Of a DNA stretch of 40,416 nt, positions 25,196-34,671 are shown one piece after another (the stretch's first letter is position 1; each line of letters starts with the position of its first letter). The stretch comes from a virus (taxonomy: Duplodnaviria; Caudoviricetes), in IMG/VR virus record IMGVR_UViG_3300007512_000086, positions 1 through 40,416 of that record. One strand, 5' to 3'. The notes below the pieces were generated by a model that did no database searches, was not told the origin of the DNA, and worked only from the letters and a program-made list of their open reading frames with translations. The position numbers were made by a program, and so were the translations under genes.

Positions 25196-25816
25196 TTAAA
25201 TACCACTTAATATATCAGAAATTATAGATTCGGTTTTACACCACTTATCACAAATAGTTCCATCTTCCCTTACATCTTCTCTATTAACACTTTCGTTCAT
25301 TGGATGCATAAACGCACCATGTGTAGATGGATTGGATACGAAATCAAAAGCTATCAATTCAAAGTCTTTTTGTACTTCTACTGTATCATCATCTTTACTT
25401 TCTGATACTGAACCCATACCGCGGGAAGAAATACCAAGTTTAATACCAGCTTTAAATAGTTCTTTTAATATATTTCCAGCAGGTGTTGTTAAAACTTCAA
25501 TCTTACCAAGTAGATTGTCTCCTTCCCACCACATATCTCTTACATTGTGAGAAACATTCTTTAAATTAACAACCGAAGACTCTGGATGGTCAAGTTCTCC
25601 CATCGCTCGAGCTTCCTTTACAAATTCTTTTGTATATTTTGTAGATTCTCTCATTAAAATCTCTTTTGGATATACTCTTCCATTTTGATTCTTTGAGTTA
25701 GCTCTTTGTAGTACACCACTAACAATCAATTTACCAGAATTATCTGTAATTGATTCGTTTATATGTTGTGATGATACTTCAAAAAGTAAAGTATCTATTA
25801 AAAGTGATTTCGTCAT
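25196..25816 (-). CDS. Prohead protease, T4 gp21-like
   Basis: 'N.NGRVYP', 'GELDHP', 'VSH', 'TP.G.I', 'LGISSRGMGS' and 'FDFVSNPS..GA'; AAGGAG SD. Confidence 0.95.
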   Translation of the reverse strand: MTKSLLIDTLLFEVSSQHINESITDNSGKLIVSGVLQRANSKNQNGRVYPKEILMRESTKYTKEFVKEARAMGELDHPESSVVNLKNVSHNVRDMWWEGDNLLGKIEVLTTPAGNILKELFKAGIKLGISSRGMGSVSESKDDDTVEVQKDFELIAFDFVSNPSTHGAFMHPMNESVNREDVREDGTICDKWCKTESIISDILSGI

Positions 25817-25827
25817 TTTCTAACTCC

Positions 25828-26442
25828 TTATTTCATAAAATCAAATTCTTTATTATTAAATTGAGTTTCAAACTCTTCGGCATAATCTTTTGCCAACACT
25901 AACCTATCCTTCTTAGTAAACATATCACGAGCACTACCTCCGTAATTTTTAGCATATGATTTAGCACCATCGTCAACTAAGTATTTAAAAGCTTTAACAG
26001 CTAATTTAGGATTAAATTTATTCCTTTTCTTAAATTTAGATAAATTTTTAAGAATAGGTATATATCTTGACTTATAAATTTTAGCATCATTATCAATAAA
26101 CAATCTTAATTCTCTAGCTTCGTCTGATAGTCTCTCCTTTAATATACCACTTCTGTCTAACTTCTTTAATTCTTCATAAACCATTTGTTTTAAAGTAATT
26201 ATAGACTCATTTTTCTTCTTTTCATCAATTTTCTGAAGTAAGAATCCTTTTGCAAGTTTTTTCTCTCTTACAAATTCGGTATCTCCGTATTTTCTTCTTA
26301 GAGTAACGGGTAATTCTACATTACCACCATGATTGATAAAATGAGCAACTCTTTTTGCATCAACTTTATAAATTTTTCTCCACTTATTTTCTGGAAGATT
26401 GTTTAACCAACGATGTACTTCTTTTATTTTAAATCGTTTCAA
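25828..26442 (-). CDS. Hypothetical protein
   Basis: 204 aa; TTG start with AGGAG SD; C-terminal 'ARELRLFIDND...Y' domain after 'ILKE'. Confidence 0.7.
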   Translation of the reverse strand: MKRFKIKEVHRWLNNLPENKWRKIYKVDAKRVAHFINHGGNVELPVTLRRKYGDTEFVREKKLAKGFLLQKIDEKKKNESIITLKQMVYEELKKLDRSGILKERLSDEARELRLFIDNDAKIYKSRYIPILKNLSKFKKRNKFNPKLAVKAFKYLVDDGAKSYAKNYGGSARDMFTKKDRLVLAKDYAEEFETQFNNKEFDFMK

Positions 26443-26444
26443 AG

Positions 26445-26645
26445 TTAACTCCTACTTTTAAGAATTTCTTCTCTCATTTCATTCAATGATTTTATCAACC
26501 CATCAAGAAATTTTAAAGTTTCCACTTTACTTGGTTCTTGACCTCTAACTTTAGTTTTTTCAATGACCCATCTTCTTTTTAATTTAAATAAACTTCTTAA
26601 TCTATTCAAAAAAGTGGGGCCATTACTATCCCACTGTATCGGCAT
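26445..26645 (-). CDS. Hypothetical protein
   Basis: 66 aa; tightly packed in the operon. Confidence 0.6.
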   Translation of the reverse strand: MPIQWDSNGPTFLNRLRSLFKLKRRWVIEKTKVRGQEPSKVETLKFLDGLIKSLNEMREEILKSRS

Positions 26646-26652
26646 AATAGAT

Positions 26653-26895
26653 TCAAGAAACTCTTCTCAAATTTGGGTCAATAGCCAACATATATCCTAA
26701 GACTGTTGGTTGTTTATGACCACCACCATATCCAGCTTTCTTCTTTTTCTTCTTCTTACTTACCCAATATGGTGTTGTTGGTGGCCCTTCCCCACCATCT
26801 ATGTTAGCAGAAACTGATGCTTCATCTAAAACATCAAGTATCATCTGCTTCAACAACTCTTTAAGTTGTTGTTCCTTAGTTTTTTGTGATGACAT
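26653..26895 (-). CDS. Hypothetical protein
   Basis: 80 aa; 'LKELLKQMI...LDEAS.S...G...TPY' followed by a poly-Lys tract. Confidence 0.65.
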   Translation of the reverse strand: MSSQKTKEQQLKELLKQMILDVLDEASVSANIDGGEGPPTTPYWVSKKKKKKKAGYGGGHKQPTVLGYMLAIDPNLRRVS

Positions 26896-27751
26896 TCTTT
26901 ACTTCTTTAACTAATTCATAGTATCTCATCAAATTAACAACATCGTCATCTCTAACAATTTTATGATTTGTCATATTCTTAGTTAATTTGGTAGCTTCTT
27001 TTAATTTAATGGTTGTAACTTTATCATCAACATTTTTCAACATTGATTTTAGTTCTTTTGTCAATTTATCAACTTCACTATTAATAAATTCTCTTAAAGA
27101 ATTAGTATTAGAAACATTTTCTATATATTTTTTCAATAAAGCTTTTTGTTGTTCATTTAAAGATGAATATTTTGAATTAAACTTATCAACTAATATACTA
27201 TAAGATAACAATCTCATATCTTTTTCTTGTTGTTTATAAGTTTCAATAATTTTATTGGTCTTTACATTCGTTTCAATCTTTTTATTAATAATATGTTCTA
27301 TTATTTCAAACCTACTTTTAACCTCATCGGTTGGGTCATTCTTATGTATCTCTGTTGTGTATCCAAAAACTTTATATATAGAAGCCAAAAGTTTATAATT
27401 TGGTATACGAGAACTAAAAAATTCTGAAATGTCGTATGTATCTTTTATATCTTTAATAAGATTGTACTTTTCTTCTCGTAATTTCTTATTAGATAATTTT
27501 TGTCTGGACTTTATTACAGCTTCGACCATTTTTTCAGCTTTATATTCAGTTGGAAATTTTTGAGTAATAATAACATTATAAAGTTGCAACTCTTTCCCCA
27601 ATTCTGTATTTTCTTTGAAATACTTTTTTAACATCGCTACTGCATGTGACTTTTTACTATTATTAATAATGTCTGCAGTTACTTGTCTGGAAAGTAACTC
27701 AAATAATATTCCAGTATTTTTAATTTTTAAATGTTTTATGAATGAACTCAT
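26876..27751 (-). CDS. Hypothetical helical head-module protein downstream of the portal
   Basis: 291 aa; 'KH.K.KNTG.LFELL.RQ'; GGAG SD and promoter motif at 27791-27798. Confidence 0.75.
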   Translation of the reverse strand: MSSFIKHLKIKNTGILFELLSRQVTADIINNSKKSHAVAMLKKYFKENTELGKELQLYNVIITQKFPTEYKAEKMVEAVIKSRQKLSNKKLREEKYNLIKDIKDTYDISEFFSSRIPNYKLLASIYKVFGYTTEIHKNDPTDEVKSRFEIIEHIINKKIETNVKTNKIIETYKQQEKDMRLLSYSILVDKFNSKYSSLNEQQKALLKKYIENVSNTNSLREFINSEVDKLTKELKSMLKNVDDKVTTIKLKEATKLTKNMTNHKIVRDDDVVNLMRYYELVKEVKNVITKN

Positions 27752-27790
27752 GTTAATTACTCCATTAAATTTTTTATACTATGATACAAT

Positions 27791-27798
27791 TATAAATA
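27791..27798 (-). promoter_or_regulatory. Putative late promoter motif
   Basis: TATTTATA on the coding strand, between the portal and the next gene. Confidence 0.6.
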
Positions 27799-27808
27799 TT
27801 AAAGTATT

Positions 27809-29632
27809 TTATTTATCGTTATTATCTAAAGTATCTTTTACTTCACGTTTATACTCTTCATCTAAAGCAGTGGTTTCTTTCAATAATTGTAAACCACTAT
27901 TTCCCAGTGACTTTTTTAGTTTATCTAAATGTGCTAAAGCTAAAGTACTAGCTCCCTTCTTCATATCGTGTGCACCAAGTGGGTCTCTTCCTCTAGCCGA
28001 ACCATCTTTGCCAAATTTTGGTGGTCTCTTTGGCCTACCAGCACCTTCCCATCCACCTTCTGGACTTCCACCTTCTGGCCCAAGTTCTGTTCCTGTTCTA
28101 GCCATACTATCACCAAAATCATCTTCACCAAAATCATCCTCACCTGAACTACCTTCCGCTGCTGGGTCTGCACCTTCTTGTTCAATTGACTCGTATCTGA
28201 ACATTCTTTTTTGGTCATCAACTAATTGTTCTCTTACCTTTTTCTTTTCTTGAGCTGTAAATCCAAAAATTTCATCATACATAAATTCAGTTGGTAACAA
28301 CTTATTATCTTTCATATTAGCCGCTAAATCTATTTTTGTAGACCACAATTCAAGTTTTTCTTGTTCATATATCATTGATGGATTAGTTAGACCCAACTCA
28401 AAATTTACAAGGTCTGCATCTTGGTAACCTTGTGCATATAAATGAATTATACCAATTTTAGTTAACTCACTAACAACAATTCTTTGTACTCTTTCAATAG
28501 TACGAGCAAACCTAACGTCTTCAGCGGCCAAAGTTGCTTTCGCATTAACCTCTTCTTCATATCCCAAGAAAGCTTTCGGTATCTTTAGTGCGGCCAACAT
28601 TTTGTTTCTTAAATATTCGATATCTTCCACAGCTTCAAATGTCAATCCAGCGGCCGTATCAATCTCCGTACCACTATCACCACCACGAACTGGTAAGAAA
28701 AAATCTTCTGTTATATTTTGGACATTATACTTTAAATTGTAATCACCAGTATCTTTATCAATAACTGGAGCTTTCTTCATTTTATTAATGATTCGTTGCA
28801 TATAGTTATCAACTTCATTTGGTGGTATGTTTCCAATATCAATCTTGAATATTCTCTTTTCTGGTGCTCTCATGATACGATGTATTAACATAGCGTCTTC
28901 CATAAGAATTAATTGTTTCCAAGATTTACGAGCTCCTTCAATCATAGACTTTCCATATGGTATCATATTACTATCGGATAATAATCTAAAGTGAGCTACT
29001 TCATAATTTTCTAATTCATTATTGTTTGGATTCATTCTAACTGTATGTCTATCTTGTCCATTTTCAATAATGAATTTTACATAATAAGGATTCTCTGGGT
29101 CATCACCCTCTGAACGTGTAACATCATATGCAGATAGTGGAACTACATTTGTAACTCCATATTTCTCATGAATATCCAACTTCAAAAAGAAATCACCATA
29201 TTTACACATATTACGAATCCATGGCCATAAATTAAATTCTATATTCAAAACATCATAATAAAGATTGTGTAAAATATCATGTATATTATCCGAATCTGAA
29301 CGTATATTTAATATCTCACCATATTCAGACCTCATCGTTGATTCGTCTGCGTATATATCAAGTGCAGATGATAAAATGGAATCATTATCCATTGATTCAT
29401 AGTCTTGAAATAAACCAACTCGTTGTGAAGATGCTAATGTGTTATTTTTTGTACCCCAACCCATTGGTGACATATTGTTATACAACTTAGTAAACCTATC
29501 TGTCATATCTTGGTTTATAGCTTGTACCCTATTGGTGTCAGCTACTTTTAAAGTTCTCCCCCCTGCATGCCTAACAATGACATTTGTGGAAAATAATCTT
29601 TTTAATCTAGCTCTTAAACTTTTATCGGCCAT
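27809..29632 (-). CDS. Portal protein, T4 gp20-like
   Basis: 'L.LMEDAMLI.R..RAPE.RIF.ID.GN.P', 'EDFFLP.RG...GTEI.T' and 'DIEY...K...AL.IP'. Confidence 0.96.
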   Translation of the reverse strand: MADKSLRARLKRLFSTNVIVRHAGGRTLKVADTNRVQAINQDMTDRFTKLYNNMSPMGWGTKNNTLASSQRVGLFQDYESMDNDSILSSALDIYADESTMRSEYGEILNIRSDSDNIHDILHNLYYDVLNIEFNLWPWIRNMCKYGDFFLKLDIHEKYGVTNVVPLSAYDVTRSEGDDPENPYYVKFIIENGQDRHTVRMNPNNNELENYEVAHFRLLSDSNMIPYGKSMIEGARKSWKQLILMEDAMLIHRIMRAPEKRIFKIDIGNIPPNEVDNYMQRIINKMKKAPVIDKDTGDYNLKYNVQNITEDFFLPVRGGDSGTEIDTAAGLTFEAVEDIEYLRNKMLAALKIPKAFLGYEEEVNAKATLAAEDVRFARTIERVQRIVVSELTKIGIIHLYAQGYQDADLVNFELGLTNPSMIYEQEKLELWSTKIDLAANMKDNKLLPTEFMYDEIFGFTAQEKKKVREQLVDDQKRMFRYESIEQEGADPAAEGSSGEDDFGEDDFGDSMARTGTELGPEGGSPEGGWEGAGRPKRPPKFGKDGSARGRDPLGAHDMKKGASTLALAHLDKLKKSLGNSGLQLLKETTALDEEYKREVKDTLDNNDK

Positions 29633-29645
29633 TTTATCCTCTTCC

Positions 29646-31223
29646 TTATATTAACCATTCTAATGATTCTTTACCATCACCAACATCCATTTGCCAACTA
29701 TCGTTTTTATTGACATCTTCGGTATCATAAACACCTTGATGGGATTGAAAATAATCGAATGAACGTTTTGTAAGTTCTATACCTTCTGCTCTCAATCTTA
29801 GAGCCGTATCTCTAACCCACAAACCTATAGCTAAACTCATAACAAGGTCATCATTGTACCCTACCATAGCTTCAGCTCTACTATTCTTATATATAAATAC
29901 AAACAACTCATCAATTAATCGTTGTGAATTAACGCTTACTGACTTTTCTCTGAAATATTCCTCTAATTTAGCAATAACAAGTGGTCTTGTCTTTGCTGTC
30001 ATACTAAATCCTGGAACCATGTTCCTATCTTGACTTCTATATCTATTTGTCAATTGTTTTGCTGTATCTACATACATTAAATCTTTTGATGTATAAAATA
30101 AATTCGGATATTCTGAATCTATTATGGTTTGTATAGCAGACCAACCAATATTATTGTTTTCCACAATTAATAATGCTTTATTATACTCTGTAGCAACACT
30201 TACACACATATTACCAAAATCTTTAGTTCCAATTTTACCTTTATATTCTGCTACTTGTTTCATTGACTCTACATCAATCACATGAAACGCTGAAAAGTCT
30301 GTACCATCTCCTCTACTAACATCAGCACTTAACACATAATCTTTAGAATAATCTGGATATTCCCATATCCACATATTAGAATCAAATCCTCTTCTTTCAA
30401 TTGGTTCTTTTACAAAATTTTCTCTATAATCTTCTATTATAAGACCATCAATTACAGTTTGACCAGAAGTTATAAAACTACAATCACACTCTTGAGCGGC
30501 TAACGATGGCCCTAATAATAAATCTTGTTTACTTCTCCACTCTTCTCCTCTTTCTGGGTGTATTGTCCAATGTAATTTTATAAAGTTCCATCCATTTATC
30601 CCATCTTCGGCATCCATCCAAGTTCTATGAAACCAATTACCAACACCATTTGGTGTAGATAGTGCAATACATTGACCACCCGTAGATAGTGTTTGTGATG
30701 CGGCAGCCCATATTGTATCAATCTTGTCTATAAATGCAGCTTCATCAAGAACTAATAGAGATAGTGCTTCTGAACGACCAGCTTCTTCCGAACTTGCTAC
30801 AGCTTTAATTTGTGAACCATTTTTATATCTCAAAGATAATTTGTTATCTTCAACACAACTTTGTTTTAACCAAGATGGTAAATTAGCATGCATAACACGA
30901 ACTTTTGTTACAAGATTTTTAGCAGTATCTTGTTTTGTAGCAATAACAAGAATATTTTTATCTTGATGAAATGTCATTAACCAAAGTGAATATCCAGCTG
31001 TTAATGTTGATATACCCAACTGACGTGCTTTTAAAATAACACTAAGTCTATTATCTTTAAAGTCCTCCAATGTTTTTTCTTGAAAATCCCATAATTGAAA
31101 TGGTATTTTGCCTTTAATTGGATGCTGTATCATACAATACTTCTTTAAAAAGTATACTGGGTCTTTGGCACACTTGACGTATTCAGACCTAACTAATTGT
31201 TTTAAGTCTTGTTTATCACTCAT
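29646..31223 (-). CDS. terL: Terminase large subunit, T4 gp17-like
   Basis: 'KC..DP.YF', Walker A 'KARQLGIST', Walker B 'LLVLDEAAF', 'STPNG', nuclease 'DVSRGDG.D.S' and 'NDDLVM'. Confidence 0.97.
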   Translation of the reverse strand: MSDKQDLKQLVRSEYVKCAKDPVYFLKKYCMIQHPIKGKIPFQLWDFQEKTLEDFKDNRLSVILKARQLGISTLTAGYSLWLMTFHQDKNILVIATKQDTAKNLVTKVRVMHANLPSWLKQSCVEDNKLSLRYKNGSQIKAVASSEEAGRSEALSLLVLDEAAFIDKIDTIWAAASQTLSTGGQCIALSTPNGVGNWFHRTWMDAEDGINGWNFIKLHWTIHPERGEEWRSKQDLLLGPSLAAQECDCSFITSGQTVIDGLIIEDYRENFVKEPIERRGFDSNMWIWEYPDYSKDYVLSADVSRGDGTDFSAFHVIDVESMKQVAEYKGKIGTKDFGNMCVSVATEYNKALLIVENNNIGWSAIQTIIDSEYPNLFYTSKDLMYVDTAKQLTNRYRSQDRNMVPGFSMTAKTRPLVIAKLEEYFREKSVSVNSQRLIDELFVFIYKNSRAEAMVGYNDDLVMSLAIGLWVRDTALRLRAEGIELTKRSFDYFQSHQGVYDTEDVNKNDSWQMDVGDGKESLEWLI

Positions 31224-31444
31224 TATGCTACTGAACTTGAATACATTGTCTGTACTTTACGTAAATAAGTTTCTGTTTGTGAAATTAAAGATGCGTCACT
31301 ACCACTTGCATTCAAATTAACAATTTCTGTTTGTAATGAATCTGCAATAGTTGATAGGTACGTAGGATTTCTAAGATTTCCTCTCTTATTATCACTAAGA
31401 GTTTGTATCTTTGTCTTTAACTCTGTAATTGAACTTACAGCCAT
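31223..31444 (-). CDS. Hypothetical protein
   Basis: 73 aa; AAGGAG SD; coupled to terL. Confidence 0.65.
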   Translation of the reverse strand: MAVSSITELKTKIQTLSDNKRGNLRNPTYLSTIADSLQTEIVNLNASGSDASLISQTETYLRKVQTMYSSSVA

Positions 31445-31445
31445 G

Positions 31446-32006
31446 TTAGTTCTCCTTAGTTTCTATTTTAGATAGTTCTAAATCTATCTTTTCTAATAAT
31501 TCTTTATAATGTCCTATAGCTTCATCGGCTTGTTCTATAATTTTTTCTTTATTAACATCCCATTTTTCTTTTTCAACGGAATGTCCATCAGGATTAATTT
31601 GATTATAAAATGTAACATCTCCTTGATTCTTCCATTCAGTAACATTTTGTAATTGTTCTTCTACAAAAGAACGTTGATTTAATAAAACTTTCTTTTTAGC
31701 CCATTCGTGATATGTTCCTTCAATACGAAGTTTATTTTCAATTACAACTTGACAATCAAAACAATGTCCAAATAATCTCCACATTTTATCGTCTAATTTT
31801 TTCTTCATTACCTTATCACATTCTGGACAAAACCAAGGTACTCGTGCTTCTGCCATAATATCAGTTAAATGACTCTTCTGGTCACCCTTTTTCTTTTTCT
31901 TGATATCTGACATACTTACAAATATTCTTTTTTCTGGTGTACCACCATCTAAAATACTTTGTAACGCTCTGTTTTGTCTTTCTGACTCTTTACTATATCC
32001 TGCCAT
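31446..32006 (-). CDS. Zn-finger (CxxC...CxxC) protein upstream of the terminase
   Basis: 186 aa; CPEC and CFDC motifs; C-terminal coiled coil. Confidence 0.7.
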   Translation of the reverse strand: MAGYSKESERQNRALQSILDGGTPEKRIFVSMSDIKKKKKGDQKSHLTDIMAEARVPWFCPECDKVMKKKLDDKMWRLFGHCFDCQVVIENKLRIEGTYHEWAKKKVLLNQRSFVEEQLQNVTEWKNQGDVTFYNQINPDGHSVEKEKWDVNKEKIIEQADEAIGHYKELLEKIDLELSKIETKEN

Positions 32007-32013
32007 AATTATC

Positions 32014-34671
32014 CTATATGTACTTTAATAAACCTAAAATTTGATTAACTGGAGCAAAAGTACCAGTATATTTGTATAACTTACCATTAAAAGTAAATGT
32101 TATACCTTCTGTTGATGTTATAGTACCAAATCCACCTATTGATTCTAATCTCTTTAATTGTTTTTCTAATTTTTTTATCAAATTTAAATCACCACTACTT
32201 TGAACTGCTTTTATAGTGTCTTCTAAATCCTTTTTGATTTTTTGAGCTCCTTCGTCTGGGTTAGCGGTCAACAATTGTGTCATATTTAACATTATCTCTG
32301 TGCCAAGTCCTAAGAACAAGTCTTCCCAAGGTGTAATATTTTCTTTAAATTTTGCTTTATGGTCTTCTTTATCAGTAGTTAAAACCCAATCTAAAAATTT
32401 TGGAAATTTTTTCATATCCTTTTTAATTTGTGGAATCTTATATGACTTATCAAAGAATGCCCACCTTTTAACTAATCTAATAAACATACTTTCTGGTAAT
32501 TTAGTCTTAGTTCTCTTTAAAGCTTTGTTAATATACTCTGTCCAAAAAGCTTGATGATAGTCACCCAACGTGTTATTAGGTTTTAACTTATATTTTTTCT
32601 GTAAAGTGTTTAATTTACCAATATAGAATTTTTTACGATTTGAAAAGTCCTTTACTTTTGGTAATTCTACAACTGGTGGATATTCTATTTTATATTGAGT
32701 TTGTACATCCTTGTTAACTTGTTTAATCATACCAGTTAACATTCTTGCAAATTGAGAATAGTCACCTATTGCATTTCCTTTATCGTCATATTGAAGTACA
32801 CCATGAAATATCAATAATGATTTCTCATATGGAATCACATTTGCTGTTTTTGGATAGATAATTTCCAAAGACATAAATTGTTCACCCTCTTTAAAAATTT
32901 TATCTCTTTGTTTATCACTAATAGCACCTATAGCATCTTCTAAATCTCTCATAGCTCCTGCAAAAGCTTTGTGTAAATCACCTCTACCTGCAAACATCTT
33001 ACTAATACCATTCGTAGTTAACGCACTAGCACCCTTATTCATCAAATGACCTTTGTTTCTAGCCGCTATAAGTTTACCATTTCTCCAACTTATCATTATA
33101 TTCTGACCATCTGTCTTTTCTGTAGCTGGTTTTTCTTTACTAAGATTACCTTGTAGTGTATTAGTAATCATTGTTCTGAAATCTCTGAATGTTAAATTAT
33201 TATCATCAAATGGATGTGCTAAATGTCCATATGCTCCACCTTCTGTCATTAACCTTTTTACATCATCTACAATATCAATTCTTTCTTTTAATGGTTTTTC
33301 TTTTGGAAACTTTCTTTTCAACAATACGTTTAATGATTTTATAGCACTTTTATCATCCGAATGTAATCCTACATCAACATTATTTATAGAAACTGGTGTA
33401 TCAATTATAGCAGTATATCTATATTTACTACCACCCGCTTTTTTCTTTTTAAGTTTTACAGATTCTTTTAATTTAGCTTTCTTACCTTTAGTTCCTTTAT
33501 AAGACCATGTGGCTTTACCTTTACCATATTCTTCTGTTGGTTTTTGGGATATCTCAAGTCCTTTACCATCTTTATGCATCCATTTAAGTATTTCCCAACC
33601 AAGTCTTTCTGATATGCTTGTTAATCTTTCTAAATAATCCTTCGAGGCGTGTTTACTACCTGGTATAGAACCAACTCTTCCAAACGTAACATTAGATATT
33701 GGGTCATCAATCATAGTAAAATCCATGTCAGGGTCTAAAACTTCTGGTTCTTTATCTTTTATCATAAATTCAACAACAGACCAACCAGTTTTTTGCATAA
33801 ACCAAGGTACTGCATCTTTAGCTACTCTATAATAGTCTGAAAAATTTCTATAAAATGTTCCTGGCCCATCATCTGGTGCTCCACCACCTGCATTAGCACC
33901 ACGTTTGGAATTGGTAGTTAAAGTAGTAGAAGATTCTTGTATCATTTTTGGTACATCATTGTCAACACAAAAATTAGCTACAATTTCCTTAGTCAAAAGT
34001 ATACCATTTGGTCGCTTATGGTCGAACATCAATCTGTTCGTAATAAATTCATACATTGAGTTATCAAACTTACCGAAAATAACCTTAAATAATTTTTTCT
34101 TTTTCTTGTCATCTATATCTGGGGAACTTAAAAGTTTTCTAACTTGTGTTCCACTTATATTAGAACCACCCACCTTTAACTTAAAGGTTGGTACTATATA
34201 AATATACCCGTTATCTTCAAAACCCTTCAATTTTGTTACATCGCCAGTATATGGTTTAAAATATTTACCACCAAGTCTTTGACCATCCTTTTCACCCAAA
34301 CCAACTGCGACGGCCGTGTGTTCTTTATCGTATTTGGACAAGATATTAATTGGTGCATAAACATTTTTTTCTTGTACTATTTGATTTTTTCTGATATTAT
34401 ACATCTTACTAATAATTTTTTGTTTCTCTTTAAAATTAAAAGGATGTCTATCACCACCACTTACATTAGATGTAGCTATAAAAGTATCCTTAGCACCAAA
34501 CTCTTTTTGCATTTCTTTAAAAGTATTAAAATGTCCTGCGTGAAATGGTTGAAATCTACCAACATAAACACCAACAATTCTGTTTATACCTTTAGGGTCA
34601 GCACCATGTACCTTGGATTCTCCAAGAGTATCACTAACAATAGATTCTACGAGTTTTTTCATTCCCTTCAT
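32014..34671 (-). CDS. Multidomain protein: N-terminal HIGH-class nucleotidyltransferase plus C-terminal KxDG ligase-like domain
   Basis: GRFQPFHAGH (34531-34560), 'P....EK' and 'ISGT.VR'; the second domain starts EGGAYGHLAHP and contains EKTDGQN...ARNKG, 'LEII' and a terminal 'EGI.F...K.TG.FAP.NQ'. Confidence 0.75.
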   Translation of the reverse strand: MKGMKKLVESIVSDTLGESKVHGADPKGINRIVGVYVGRFQPFHAGHFNTFKEMQKEFGAKDTFIATSNVSGGDRHPFNFKEKQKIISKMYNIRKNQIVQEKNVYAPINILSKYDKEHTAVAVGLGEKDGQRLGGKYFKPYTGDVTKLKGFEDNGYIYIVPTFKLKVGGSNISGTQVRKLLSSPDIDDKKKKKLFKVIFGKFDNSMYEFITNRLMFDHKRPNGILLTKEIVANFCVDNDVPKMIQESSTTLTTNSKRGANAGGGAPDDGPGTFYRNFSDYYRVAKDAVPWFMQKTGWSVVEFMIKDKEPEVLDPDMDFTMIDDPISNVTFGRVGSIPGSKHASKDYLERLTSISERLGWEILKWMHKDGKGLEISQKPTEEYGKGKATWSYKGTKGKKAKLKESVKLKKKKAGGSKYRYTAIIDTPVSINNVDVGLHSDDKSAIKSLNVLLKRKFPKEKPLKERIDIVDDVKRLMTEGGAYGHLAHPFDDNNLTFRDFRTMITNTLQGNLSKEKPATEKTDGQNIMISWRNGKLIAARNKGHLMNKGASALTTNGISKMFAGRGDLHKAFAGAMRDLEDAIGAISDKQRDKIFKEGEQFMSLEIIYPKTANVIPYEKSLLIFHGVLQYDDKGNAIGDYSQFARMLTGMIKQVNKDVQTQYKIEYPPVVELPKVKDFSNRKKFYIGKLNTLQKKYKLKPNNTLGDYHQAFWTEYINKALKRTKTKLPESMFIRLVKRWAFFDKSYKIPQIKKDMKKFPKFLDWVLTTDKEDHKAKFKENITPWEDLFLGLGTEIMLNMTQLLTANPDEGAQKIKKDLEDTIKAVQSSGDLNLIKKLEKQLKRLESIGGFGTITSTEGITFTFNGKLYKYTGTFAPVNQILGLLKYI

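Noticed and set aside
27615-28253. 212-aa plus-strand ORF and other plus-strand ORFs, e.g. 34279..34863
   Set aside because: Antisense to well-supported genes, with no recognisable motifs or translation signals.
29646-31223. Intron or intein in terminase, portal or capsid
   Set aside because: The ORFs are continuous and of ordinary length, with no intein-like or endonuclease insertions seen.
29892-34204. TATAAATA copies inside coding sequence (29892-29899, 34197-34204)
   Set aside because: Far from start codons, and occasional matches are expected in AT-rich DNA.
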